Source: Eledone cirrhosa
Lineage: Eukaryota
DNA: 64,000 nucleotides
Assembly: GCA_964016885.1 (NCBI GenBank)
Contig: OZ024741.1
Coordinates: forward strand, 400,210,001-400,274,000
Direction: 5' to 3'
Positions 14,037 to 27,414 of this stretch are shown one piece after another (the first letter of the stretch is position 1; each line of letters starts with the position of its first letter). A program made the position numbers and the translations under genes. A model generated the notes under the pieces. It saw only the letters and a list, made by a program, of their open reading frames with translations. It was not told where the DNA came from and did not search any database.

Positions 14037-14118
14037 ACTCCCTGATGACGCAATGAATTCTCGACAGTTGGATTACGTAACTGTCTTTATCCCATTGCAG
14101 AAACTAATTAGTTGGAGT
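14037..14118 (+). ncRNA. Type I hammerhead ribozyme candidate
   Basis: ACTCC-CTGATGA-C-GCAATG..(GACAGTT/AACTGTC hairpin)..CATTGC-A-GAAA-CTAATTAG-TT-GGAGT; helix I ACTCC/GGAGT, palindromic helix III, GUU triplet. Confidence 0.82.
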
Positions 14119-14307
14119 GAAAATTTAAGTAAGTAAGTAAAAAAAATTTTTAAAAATTTTTTAAAAAAATATTTTCTTATTTTACGTCTTTTATATTATT
14201 GTTCTGCATCCTCCTGCATTGAACCACCTAGCTACTATGACATAACCTGTGTATTTGCTGGCATGGGCGTGCATCTGTGCGCTTATGTTAGTTGATATAT
14301 TAAATTA

Positions 14308-15262
<955 letters not shown>

Positions 15263-15264
<2 letters not shown>

Positions 15265-15610
15265 AGGCACAATACTTAGTGGTTAGAGCATTGGCCTTGC
15301 AATCGAAAGGTTATGAGTTCAATTCTCAGACCAGGTGATGTGTTGTTTCCTTGAGCAAGACACTTTATTTCACATTGCTCCAGTTTCCTCAGCTGTAGAA
15401 ATGGGATGATAGGTACTGGGGTCCCTATCATTCCACTGCTAAGTGGTCGTGGAGGTGCCATGGCAAAAAAGCACCCACCACTCACTGTAAATGAGGTTGG
15501 TGTTAGGAAGGGCATCCAGCTGTAGAAATCAAGCCAGAATCTGTTCCCGTCCCACCCTTGCAAGCAAGGAAAAGCGGACGTAAAATGAAACGATGAAATG
15601 ATGATGATGA
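15263..15610 (+). mobile_element. tRNA-derived CORE-type SINE with RTE-derived 3' tail
   Basis: A box TAGTGGTTAG, B box GAGTTCAATTC, CORE-like CCTTGAGCAAGACACTTT; tail GGTTGGTGTTAGGAAGGGCATCCAGCTGTAGAAA...GGACGTAAAA...(GAT)n shared with RTE family A. Confidence 0.85.
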
Positions 15611-15737
15611 CACACACATACATACACATACACACCCATATATATATATACACACACACACACCACACACACACATACATACATACATACATATGTACAT
15701 ATGTATGTACATACATACATATGTACACACATATATA

Positions 15738-16531
15738 CGAGGTGTGTCAGAAAAGTTCCAGGACTGATGTCACAAAAGAATTATTTCAAACCCAAACTTC
15801 ATACTAAGAATTTTATCCTTCAAAGTAATCCCCCTGGAGTCTAATGCACTTTTCCATCCTTTTCTGCCACGCTTGCATGCACTCTTGGAAGGATCCATGA
15901 CTCATCACCGGTGATGACTGTCCCTAGCAAGTCTGGTTCGGTTTCAAGACGCTCAAGGATGTCCTGGCACACTTGCATGCGTCGACCCTTCTGGTCATCG
16001 TTCAGCAGTTTTGGCACAATCTTCGCGCAGATTTTCCGCATGTTCAAATCTTTAGTGAGAATCTTTCAGACGCTGTCTCGATTCATGCTCAGCTCATTTG
16101 CCATCAGTCGAACAGTCAGCCGACGATCGCTACGCACCATCTGCTTGACGCGCTAAACGTTGACCTCAGTCCTGGTTGTTGAGGGCCTTCCGCTCCTGTG
16201 GTCATCTTGCACCACTCAAAAACACGTGAGCGTGACATCGTCTCATCTCCATACACTTGCTGCAGCAATCCCAGTGCTTCTGATGGAGTTTTCCCCAAGT
16301 GTACCAGGAACTTCAAGTTTGTTCGTTGCTCTGTGCGCATTGCTTGACGACCTGAAACAGAGGACATGTATATAAAATTATGAAGAAAAAAGTTTGATCA
16401 CTGCAGAGAGCTAAGATTACAGTTACATACTCCAGGGGGATTACTTTGAAGGAGAAAACTCTTAGTGTGAAGTTTGGGTTTGAAATAAATCTTTTGTGAC
16501 ATCAGTCCTGGAACTTTTCTGACACACCTTG
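15738..16531 (-). mobile_element. Internally deleted mariner (Tc1/mariner) DNA transposon
   Basis: TA flanks; ~103-bp TIRs beginning CGAGGTGTGTCAGAAAAGTTCCAGGACT; transposase remnants EQRTNLKFLVHLGKTPSEA..YGDETMSRSRVFEW, KICAKIVPKLL, ITGDESWI and C-terminal QGDYFEG; most of the catalytic domain is deleted. Confidence 0.93.
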
Positions 16532-16715
16532 TATATACATATATATATACACACACACACACATATATACGTACACATACCTACATATATATACACACAC
16601 ACATACATATACACCCATATACACACACACATTTTATATATATTTTATACACATATATACACATACCATATATATATATACTACATATATGCACATATAT
16701 ATATATATATATTTA

Positions 16716-18120
16716 CATACAGGGTATGCGTTTGGTTGCACGTCTCTGAACAGTTTCCAGGAGGTCAATGTTCTGAGCAAGATAGGGGTTCCAGACTGAT
16801 GATGCGAATTCCAAGTGTGGTCGTACCATAGCTGTATACAGCTTTAAATAGATGGCTGGAGAGTGGCTAACAAAGGTCTTGCTGAGTGATGCCAAGACAC
16901 CCTTGGCCTTCTTGACAATCTTAGAGACATGCTTTGTCCAATGCAAGTCGCTGCTGACAGTAATGCCCAGGTCATGTTCACAAGAGGACTTCTTGATATC
17001 AGTGTTGTGGAGGGAGTATGTGGACGCTGGATTTTTCCTCTCAAAATGCACAGTAGTACACTTGTCCACAGCCAGCTTCAGTTGCCAGTCTGTAATCCAT
17101 TGCTGCATTGTGTCCAGGTCTGATTGTAGGAAAGAGTTATAGATTTCAGGATCTGTCCTTTTGATTTCAAGGTACAGCTTTATGTCATCTGCATATTTCA
17201 GTACCGTGGCATTCTTTAAGTTGGCATTTATGTCATTAATATATGCTACAAACAAAAGGGGACCAACAACAGATCCCTGTAGTACACCAGATGACATCTA
17301 ATATGGTGAAGAATGCTGTCCTAGAACCGTGACTACCTTTTTTTAGCTGAGAATGAAGGATTTCAACCAGTCGAAAAGATCATCCCTCACACCCATTGCA
17401 GAGAGTTTTGCCATAAGTCTTTTGTGTGGCACAGAATTAAAAGCCTTAGCGAAGTCAAGGTAAACAACATCCACCCATGAGCCGCCATCAGTGATCCGGG
17501 TAATGTCTTCAAGGAACTCGATAAGCTGATCACAGCAGCTAGAGTTAGGGATAAATCCAAACTGCGAGGGCCGGATGAGGCTGTGATAGCTCCAGAAGTT
17601 CCAAAGTGTTTCTCTGACACAGAATTCCATCAGTTTGGCAATACAGCTAGTAAGACTGACTGGACGATAGTTGACCGGTGATGTGCGGTCGCCCTTTTTG
17701 AACAGGGGAATGACACTGGCAGTTTTCCACTGCTCCGGAATAGCACCATTGTTGAGACAGTATTGAAAGAAGAAAGAAAGCTGGTGCAAAAGGGAGTACC
17801 CGCCACGTTCGAGAAGCAGGCATGTAACACCATCAAGACCAGGGGAGGCATAGTTGCGCTTATTCTTAAGGAGACGTTGCAGCATTGCAGGTGTAAATTC
17901 CATAGTTGTTATGGAATTTGATGTTAGAGATGGTGGAGATGGTACATTCTGGTTTTCAACAGTAAAAATGCTTGCATAGCACTCAGCAATGAGTTCTGCA
18001 CATTCTTTGGGATCGTCAATGATCTGGCTTGTGTGGGGATTGCGAAGAGGACCAACTGGAGAGTGAGGTCTCTGCTTTGAATGAACATATTTCCAGAACA
18101 CCTTACTGTCAGGATTGGTT
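16716..18120 (-). mobile_element. CR1-type LINE ORF2 fragment (RT domain)
   Basis: WKTASVIPLFKKGD..NYRPVSLTS, VDVVYLDFAKAF, SGVLQGSVVGPLLF, YADDIKLY, VRPHLEFASSVWNPY; one frameshift near 17340. Confidence 0.93.
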
Positions 18121-18124
18121 GCTA

Positions 18125-18304
18125 TATTTTTACACATATACACATACACACTAAACATACATATATATTATACATATCTTGTACATACACATATATACAT
18201 ATATATATATATATTTATATATATATATATCTCACATACATACAAATATATATTTTCTACATACATACATACATATACATATATACATACACACACACAT
18301 ACAT

Positions 18305-18338
<34 letters not shown>

Positions 18339-19100
18339 CCTATACATACATATATATATATTTCAAACACACATATATATATACATATATATACACCACA
18401 TATACACACACATATATTTTTTCTACATATATATATATATATCATATACACACCCCATATATATATATTTTTTACACATATACCATACATACATGTTATA
18501 TACACACCATATATATCCTATACATATACCACACATATATCCCACACATATATCATATACATCCTATATATACACTATACATATCCTACATACATATTAT
18601 ATCTCCCACATATATACACACATATATACATACATATATATATATATATCCCATATACACACATACATATTTTATACATACATACACACATACATATACA
18701 CACACATATATATACATACACACACGCACATACATATACCTACATATACACATATATATATACACATTTTGTATACACATACATCCACTTATATATTCCA
18801 TATAAACACATTTTATACCTCCTACACATATTTTTTTACATATACATATATATATACTACATATATATATGCATATAAATATATTATACACATATCCACA
18901 CATACATATATACACACACATACATATATATATATACACATATCTATCTCACACATACACACGTGCATACATACACACATATATAAATATACACACACAC
19001 ATATGCACACATACACATAAACATGTACACATATATCTGTATACCTATAGACACATATATATAAAAACACATCTATACATACATATATCTACACACATCC
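18125..19100. repeat. Degenerate (AT/AC)n low-complexity tract
   Basis: Directly visible. Confidence 0.95.
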
Positions 19101-19139
19101 ACTCAAGTGTTTAAGTTCATATATACATCGGGGTGGGGA

Positions 19140-20282
19140 AGGGGAAATTAATGAAATGTTAGTGTACCTCTGAGGGTTTTTCTTCTCTTCAGCGATCGAA
19201 TGTTTGAAAGTACGGGCGTCATCAACTATATTTCTTTTTCAATATGAGATTTTTTAAAGAAAAGAGAGGGGGAGAATCCCGTTATTTGAAGATGGAATAT
19301 CACTTTTTTGTGTGGTTTGTCTTTTCTAATAAAGAATTCTTCTTTATATGTTTGGAAATATTTGTTGTCCGACCATATATTAAAGAAGGAAAAATTGTGA
19401 AATTTCCCTTTCCGCATGTTGCGAAGCATTCACTGCATGTAGTGTTTCTGACAGAGGGGTCTCTAATTTGTTGTTTATGTACTCGAACTCTATCATGTAG
19501 ACCTGTTCCGGTTTCACCAATGTAGTATTCTTTACATTGTGGGCAGGTTGCACAGTAAATCAAGTTTTTGGTTTTGCAATTCATGTTTGCATTAACTGTG
19601 AAAGACTGGTTGTTTTTAAAGGAGATTTGTCCACCATCTTCAATGAGTTCGCAAGTTCCGCATCGAGGGTCCCCGCATTTCTTAACTTGCATTGCTTCAT
19701 TATTCGACGTAAATTTTGCCTCGGTTAGCAGTTTCATTAGGTTGGGTGCTTGGCGTCTACTATATATAATTTGTGCGTCTTTTATGAGTGCATTCATTTT
19801 GGGGGACTGCTGGAGAATCGGGAGATATTGTTTGGCAGCTTTTACAATGTTGAAATCCCTTGGATTGTGAGTGATCACAAAAGGAATAACTGTTTTTTCC
19901 ATTCTATTTTGTTGCTTTGTTTTTCTCAGTGTTGTCACTGGGATGCTCTGGGCTTGGAGATGACTGTGTTGATGAGGTTCACCAGTTATTCTTGTCTCTT
20001 AAGGAACTTTTTTAATTCATATAATCTTTTTTCCTGTAGTGTGGGGTGTGTCACTATGGTGCAGATGCGTCTTGCCATGTTAAAAGGAATGTTCTTTTGG
20101 TATGTGATGGGTGTGCTGAACGGAAATTCAAGTATTGGTGTGTGTCTGTTGGTTTGTAAAATAAGTCCGTTTTGATATTTTCCCCTTCTTTAATGATTAG
20201 GATATCCAGAAACGGTAGTTCCTTTTTATTACATTCCATGGTAAATTTTATTTCTTCATGAAGATTGTTTATGATGGAATGG
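19140..20282 (-). mobile_element. Penelope-like element, Neptune type, 3' portion (RT thumb + GIY-YIG endonuclease)
   Basis: NNLHEEIKFTME..LPFLDILI..LFYKPTDTHQYL; linker CGDPRCGTC (CX4CXXC); NLIYCATCPQCKEYYIGET..LHDRVRVH. Confidence 0.9.
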
Positions 20283-20544
20283 AATCGCCACAGACAGACG
20301 AATGCGAGAAAGTTCTCCAACCCAAGTTAACCAGGAATCTCTAAAATTCTTCCCACCGAAGTTAAAGAACTTACTGGATCTACCAGCTCATAATATTATA
20401 ATATTATATTATAACATTAAATTTTTTGACACTACAAGTGAAGTCATTCTTTTCCTTTTTTTCAAATATATATATATATATAATATACATATGTATATAT
20501 ATATGTATATATACATATATATGTATATATATATATATATAATG

Positions 20545-20887
20545 TAGGAGGTGAGTTTTATTGTAGTACAATAAAGCAATGCAGATATCGGATAAGTAGC
20601 ACTCTACAGTTTGTAGGACTGGAGTATAAATAATAATATATAAGATCAAAAGATGGTTAAAAGAGTTCCATGTATTTTATTATGCGCATTTCAAAAACAA
20701 ATATCATCATGCAATAACATTTGCGTTTTCGTCAGATAAAATAGGGAGACATGATATGAAGGTTAAAACACACTTGTGAATAGTGCAGTTTTAAATCAAC
20801 ATATGTTGATTTAAAACTGCACTATTCACAATGCGCATAATAAAATACATGGAACTCTTTTAACCATCTTTTGATCTTATATATTAT

Positions 20888-20892
<5 letters not shown>
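20545..20892. mobile_element. Head-to-head inverted Penelope pLTR-like fragment within (AT)n
   Basis: Palindrome centred at 20802/20803; outer arms 20630-20690 and 20830-20891; 20691-20773 is present in one arm only. Confidence 0.8.
20673..20743 (-). ncRNA. Type I hammerhead ribozyme candidate (intact core)
   Basis: TATTTTAT-CTGACGA-AAACGCAAATGT..ATATTTGTTTTT-GAAA-TGCGCA-TA-ATAAAATA; perfect 8-bp helix I, palindromic helix III, AUA triplet. Confidence 0.87.
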
Positions 20893-20971
<79 letters not shown>

Positions 20972-21086
20972 GTGTGTATATATATATGTGTGTATATATA
21001 TATGTATATATATATACATATATATATATACATATATATATACATATATATATATATATACATACATATATATATATATACATATA

Positions 21087-24000
21087 TCATCATCATCATC
21101 GTTTAACGTCCATCTTCCACGCTTGCATGGGTTTGGACGGGAGTTTTCCCACTTGAGGCAAGAGTGGTTGTCTTGCTCGCATAGGACTGTCTGGCGGGTT
21201 TTCTATGGCTGGATGCCCTTCCTAACATCAACCACGTTTACAGTGTGGACTGAGAGGTTTTTACCGTGTTACCTACACGGCCACATTACAGCGTGGACTG
21301 TGTTTTTTTTGTTGTGACACCTACACGACCTCATTTGTTTCGGACTGGATGTTGAGGTACCAACATAACTTTACATTGAAAGGGGTGGTGTGGATGGGAT
21401 GGGGTTAGTGGGACGGGGGTCTATTTTTGTTAGAGGTGCCTACTGACTGTAGTAGGTTTCACTTTGTACTTAGGTAAGGCGGGTCTTCTGTATTACTGTG
21501 TAGTGCCAAAGATCTTGGTCCAGTGACATTGTCTTGGAGAGGTGTAAGTGTGTGAGGTCGGAATTTATCAGGTTGTCCCAGGTTTTTCTGGGTCTGCCTA
21601 CTCTGTGGCTACCGTCTATTTTTATTGCTCTGCACTTTTTTTATACAGCTGTCATCTTTCATGCGCATCACATGACCGTACCAACGTAGTCTTCTCTCGA
21701 GTAAACAACATCTGATCCCTCTTATTTCTAATTTTTCCCTTAGTTCGTTTATGCTTTGCCGTTCACGTATATTACTATTACACATCCAGTGGAGCATGCA
21801 AGCTTCATTTCTCTCCAGTCTGCGTATATCCTCTGCACACAATGCCCAGGTCTCACTGCCATGTTACATTGCTGTTCGTATGCAGGCATCATACAGCCTA
21901 CCTTTCATTTTTAGAGAGAACCCTTTAGCGGCTAATAGTGGTATAAGCTCTCTGAACTTTTTCCATCCCGTTCTGACTCTAGCTACTGTACTTTCAGAGC
22001 ACCCTCCACCACTGCTGATTTTGTCACCCAAGTAACGGAAGGTGTCCACTATTTCTATAGAACCATCTGTGCAATGGAATGAGCTAGTATTTTGTGGGCA
22101 CTTGCTGCTACTTATTGCACCAGAGCACCGGCCACATATAAAATCTATATTCTTAGTTAGCTTACCTGTGATCCCACTACATCTTTTATGTACCCATACT
22201 TTGCCTTTGGGACATAAAATGGAGTTTCTGCCTACTCCTTTCCTACACACTGAGCATGGCCATTTCCCGGATGGGACCGGTGCCCTATTTTCCTTCCTAC
22301 AAACTAGAACTTTAGTCTTAGACAGGTTAATTTTAAGGCCTTTTGATTCTAGGCCATGCTTCCATGTTTGGAATTTTTTCTCTAGTTCAGCCATTGATTC
22401 AGCTATGAGCGTTAGATCATCTGCATATAGGAGTTCCCATGGGCAGCGGGTCTTGAACTCCTCTGTTATAGCCTGAAGGGCAATAATAAATAGTAGGGGG
22501 CTAAGAACGGAGCCCTGATGAACACCAACTTTTATGCTAAACTCTTCACTATATTCGTTGTTAATTCTAACCTTGCTGACTGTTTCTTTATACATGGCTT
22601 GTATAGCTCTCACAAGCCATTCATCAACACCTAGTTTTCTAAGAGCCCACCAGATAATGGAACGGGGGACTCTGTCAAAGGCTTTCCCCAAGTCGACAAA
22701 AGCTAAGTATAGGGGTTTACTTTTAGCTAGGTACTTCTCCTGTAGTTGTCGTACAATGAAAAGAGCGTCTGTGGTACTTTTACCTGACACAAACCCGAAC
22801 TGCCTTTCATCTAGATCAATTCACTCTCTGATTAGTTGCGCTATAACTTTTTCTGTGACCTTCATGACCTGGTCGATTAATTTAATGCCTCTATAGTTAC
22901 CCCTATCTAGGGCATCTCCTTTACCCTTGTAGCAGTTAATGATGATGATGCTACGCCAGTCCTTTGGAACAATTCCATTCTGTATGACTTGGTTTACTAT
23001 CCGGGTGACCATGGTGTGTCCCACCATTCCAGAGGCTTTCAGCATTTCAGCAACTATTTCCGAAGGCCCAGCCGCCTTACCCGTCTTCATATCTTTGATT
23101 GCCTTACTTATTATACTACCTTCGACTAACACTGCTGGTCCCTCTATTGGATCGATGTGGGGGAGACTGTCTTTCTCCCATTTATTCTCCTCATTTAGTA
23201 GCCTTTCGTAGTGACACTTCCAAGCTACCTTCTTATCAGCGTCAGTGATGGCAAGTACACCATCATCATTAAGGACACACTTCTCCCCGACAATATCACG
23301 GTTTTCCTTGACACATTGCCTAGCAATCCTGAACACCTCACGTTTTTGGTCCTCGCATTGTAGAACATGCTTGAACTTTCTTTCCTCTGCTTCCCTTCTT
23401 GGAAGTACACTTGTCTCCTAGCTTCCCTCCTGGCCACTTGATAGTCTTCTCTACTTCCCCCATCCCGCCATACTTTGCAAGCCTGCTTTTTGGCCTTAAT
23501 TGACTCCTCCACCTTACTGTTCCACCACCACCTTACTCTCCTCCTGCCTATAGGCCTGCTCCAGCCACAGACTTCATCTGCCGCCATCAGCAGGTTTGCT
23601 TTCAGGAATTCTTACTGTTCCTCTATATCGTACGACTCTAATTGCTCTTCCTTACTGTCGAAAGCATCAAGTAATATGCTTTTAAATTTATTACTGGCTG
23701 TGGGGTCCTTTAGCTTCCATATTTTTCTCTGAGGATAGTCCTCTTCTGTTGTCGAGTACGTCTCGTCCTGACTATGAGGTCGTTAATTATGAGTCTATGT
23801 TGAGAGGTGTATTCTTCATGGGAGAGGGATTTAGTGTTTACAACAGACACTCTGTCACGTCTTCTGGTAAGGATATAATCTACCTGGCTGGTATGTTCCC
23901 CTGATCTGTAGGTGATCAAGTGATTGTCTCGTTTTTTGAAGTTAGTGTTACAGATAGTTAGGTTATTTGCGTCACAGAATTCCAGGATTCTGGAGCTTTC

Positions 24001-24712
24001 CTCATTTCTAGTACCAAACCCATAGCCTCCATGGATTCCGTCATAGCCGTCACAATGTTGTCCAACGTGACCATTTAGGTCGCCAGTAATAATTATATAG
24101 TCACTGTCGGTTATTTGGGAAGTAGTGAGCATCAGTGTCTCATAGAATCTGTCTTTTATAGCGCCAGGCAGTCCGGATTGGGGTGCATACGCAGATATTA
24201 CTGTCACAGTAGTTCTATTTAGAACAAGTCTTATTTTAATTATTCTGTCGTTCACTCTATTTACGTCTATTATCTTATCCACCCATTTTTCTGCTAACAT
24301 GATTCCTACCCCACCTATCCCATTGTCATTTCCTACGACCTTTTAAGGTGCCTACATTCATGGTACCAACTCTGAAGTTTTGGATTGCGTTTGGTGGGTG
24401 GGGAACGGGGAGGGGTGAGGGGGAGCGGGTTGGGGTTATGTTGGCCATCCGCGGCCGAAACAAAGAGGAGGAATCCTTGCCCTTTCGTCCGGCAGCATGA
24501 GGTGAATTTATCGTTATCTTTGGCATTGTCACTGAGTGTCCAGATTTTCCAGACTCTCCAGAATTCCTTAGTCCATCCATCATATCGAAAAGCAACCAGG
24601 AAAGTGATAGCATAGGCCGCTGACTTATTGGTCCAAATAATAATGGTGGAGAGTGGGGGAGGGTGGGAGGGGTATGGGGTAGTTAGCGAGGAGAAGGTTT
24701 TCAATAAAGCAT
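21087..24712 (-). mobile_element. Near full-length RTE LINE family A (APE + RT with inserted Cys-rich finger), disrupted
   Basis: GTMNVGTL, ISAYAPQ, GDLNGHVG, SQVDYIL, NYRGIKL, FVDLGKAFDRVP, GVHQGSVLSPLLF, YADD, RLRWYGHV; (GAT)n tail; ~130-bp deletion in the endonuclease relative to the 56.8-kb copy. Confidence 0.95.
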
Positions 24713-27026
24713 ATAACATATAACAGTAACTATCTTCTTGGAGATTCCATAAGCCTGTAAGATCTTCATTAGGCAGTAACGGTCCACAGAATCAAAGGCC
24801 TTCCTAAAGTCAATGAAAACCATGACCGCAGGAAGGCACTTTGCTCTAGCTCCCTCTAATATCCTCCTCAGCATCAGGATGTGACTGGTGGTTGATCTAC
24901 CCTCTCTGAAGCGGTTCTGGATGTCCCTGAGCTTCTTCTCCATCTCAGGTTGGATCCTGTTAAGAATCATCCTGTTGAGGGTCTTTGCCACAAGTGACGT
25001 CAGTGAGATCCCCCGGTAGTTGTTGGTGTTAGAGAGATCTCCCTTCTTTGGCACTGGGACGATGTTACTGATCCTCCACTGATTCGGGGCAACTCCTTTC
25101 TCCAGTGCCCCGTTACAGAACCCCAGGATGATATCATCAAAATCACACCTCTTCATCACCTCTGATGCCACTCCATCTTCTCCATGAGCCTTGCCCTCCT
25201 TGATCCTCTTCTTGACTCTCTGAAGCTCCTCTCTGGTGAAGGGCTCTGTCTCAACATCCAGTTCCTCAAACAGCCGCCTGATCTCCCCAGTGCTCTGGGC
25301 TGTGGAGGGTGGCTCTCCTAGTAGGGTCCTAAAATGGTCTTGCCATTTCCTCTTCCTATCCTCGAGTCCCGTTCCCTGGATCTGACTCGAACACCTTCTC
25401 TTCCTCCCTGTGATCTCGTTGATGATCATCCAGCTCTCCTTACATCCAGATCTGTCAACCACTCTCTCCACACTTCTGATCTTCTCTATCAGTGCCTCCT
25501 CTCTGACCTCAGTGTAAGCGGTACAGAGCTCCTCCCTCATCACCTCCACAGTCTCCATCCTCTCCTCTGTAGGATCAGCATAGAATTGGTCCCTGGCAGC
25601 TTTCAGGTGTTCTCTGGCTGCACACACTTTTGGGTTTGCAGAGCTGATGTGCTTCCCTTTGTTCTTTTTCCTCGGCACCAGGGTTTCACTTGCTTCTGCC
25701 ACTGCATTGGTGAAGTGCCCGTACCTCCTCGTCACACTCTCCTCAGTCCATCCAATCTCTCTCTCCTCTGAATCTCCACACAGAGCACTAAACCTGTTTC
25801 TCACTTCCACTGTGAACCTCTCCTGTAGCTTATCATCTTCCTTGAAAGCTCCCCAGTCATAGATTGTTCTCCGGAGCCGAGCCTTGCTCTTTCTTAAGCT
25901 CACCCGGACCTCACTCATAACAAGCTGGTGGTCACTACCCAGTGTACTGAAATAGCTGTATGGTTCCATGTTCAGAACACTATTCAGCCACTTTTTCCTC
26001 ACCAGAATGAAATCAATCTGGGACTTGGACAGGTGCATATCTGAGATGTAGGTCCACATCTTCCCCAGATTCTTCCTAAACCTTAGGTTGGTCGCCATCA
26101 AGTTCGCCTCCAGCAAGGTGTCTCTTAGTAGTCTTCTATTTCGGTTGGTGTTGTTATGGAAGTACTAGCAAGGATCTTCACTGCCCTCCTTACTCAGATG
26201 TGCATTGAAGTCCCCCAAAACAAGCAGGATATTGTGTGCCTGAGTGGTGTTGACAGCTCTACACACCTCCTCATGGAACTCTTCCGCACTCACATCACTG
26301 TCCCCTCGGTTGGACTATAGGCTGAGATGACTGTCAGTCTTGGGTTTCCATTGAAGGTCATCCTCAACACTCGCGGGGAGATAGGCATTATTTCCCTCAC
26401 CAACAGATTGGTTTTTGCACTGAACACAAAACCCACTCCTCCTACTGCAGCATTTGTTGGGTTCTTCACTGCCGATGTAGTGATGAGCTGGCTCTTCTTC
26501 CCGATCATCACACTCCTCACGGGCTCATCGTGTAGGATCCTGTGTTCTTGGATCGCAAGTATCTGTATACCACTCTCCTCGAACAGATGTCCCAACTCCT
26601 CTCTCTTCTCCAGCGTCTCACATTCAAAGTGCCCATTTTGATGGCTCTTCTGCAAGACAAAACTGCATTCTTTATATTTGTCTCAGAGACAGCTGATCCA
26701 TCATCCACTGGCCCTCTCTGTGGCTCTAAGCCAGCAGAGTCGTAACGACCAGGCTGCTCCTTGACAGTGTAATTAGGGGCTCTAACCCTAGTGCTGTTAG
26801 ATCGACTCTCCATATTTCTTTTCAATGGCTGACAATACCTTACCGGCGCCACTCGAATAAGGTAGTTATTTAACCCATAAATGGAGCCCTAACAGGTACT
26901 ACCACCCCGGGCCAGGGCAGACCTGGGAGTCATGACAACTAAGGGGTAACTCCACATTCCCCACATCTCCTGAACTCCCGAACTGGAGCCTTGCCACTGG
27001 ATATAGTTTAATGTCATACCCAGGAC
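24713..27026 (-). mobile_element. RTE-clade LINE family B, 5' portion (5' UTR, APE, N-terminal RT), truncated by family A
   Basis: MGTLNVR, ILAIQEHR, ISAYSPT, LGDFNAH, SQIDFILV, SDH, NYRGISLTS, FIDFRKAFDSV. Confidence 0.9.
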
Positions 27027-27084
<58 letters not shown>

Positions 27085-27085
27085 G

Positions 27086-27162
<77 letters not shown>

Positions 27163-27221
27163 GTATATATATATATATGTATATATATATGTATATATAT
27201 ATATATATGTATAAATATATG

Positions 27222-27270
<49 letters not shown>

Positions 27271-27316
27271 GTGTGTATATATATGTATATATATATATAC
27301 ATATATATATATATAC

Positions 27317-27347
<31 letters not shown>

Positions 27348-27414
27348 CATATATATATGTATATATATATGTATATATATATATATGTATATATATATGT
27401 ATATATATATGTAT

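Larger units (their letters stand above)
12783..14310. mobile_element. Penelope pLTR/retrozyme-like insertion: ~561-bp unit in partial tandem plus an inverted arm
   Basis: 12783-13343 repeats at 13344-13842; 13843-14310 is the reverse complement of ~13226-13696; (AT)n at both outer ends. Confidence 0.85.

Noticed and set aside
19150-19230. Hammerhead at the 3' end of the Neptune element
   Set aside because: CTGAAGA is present on the minus strand, but there is no consistent helix II/GAAA/helix I arrangement.
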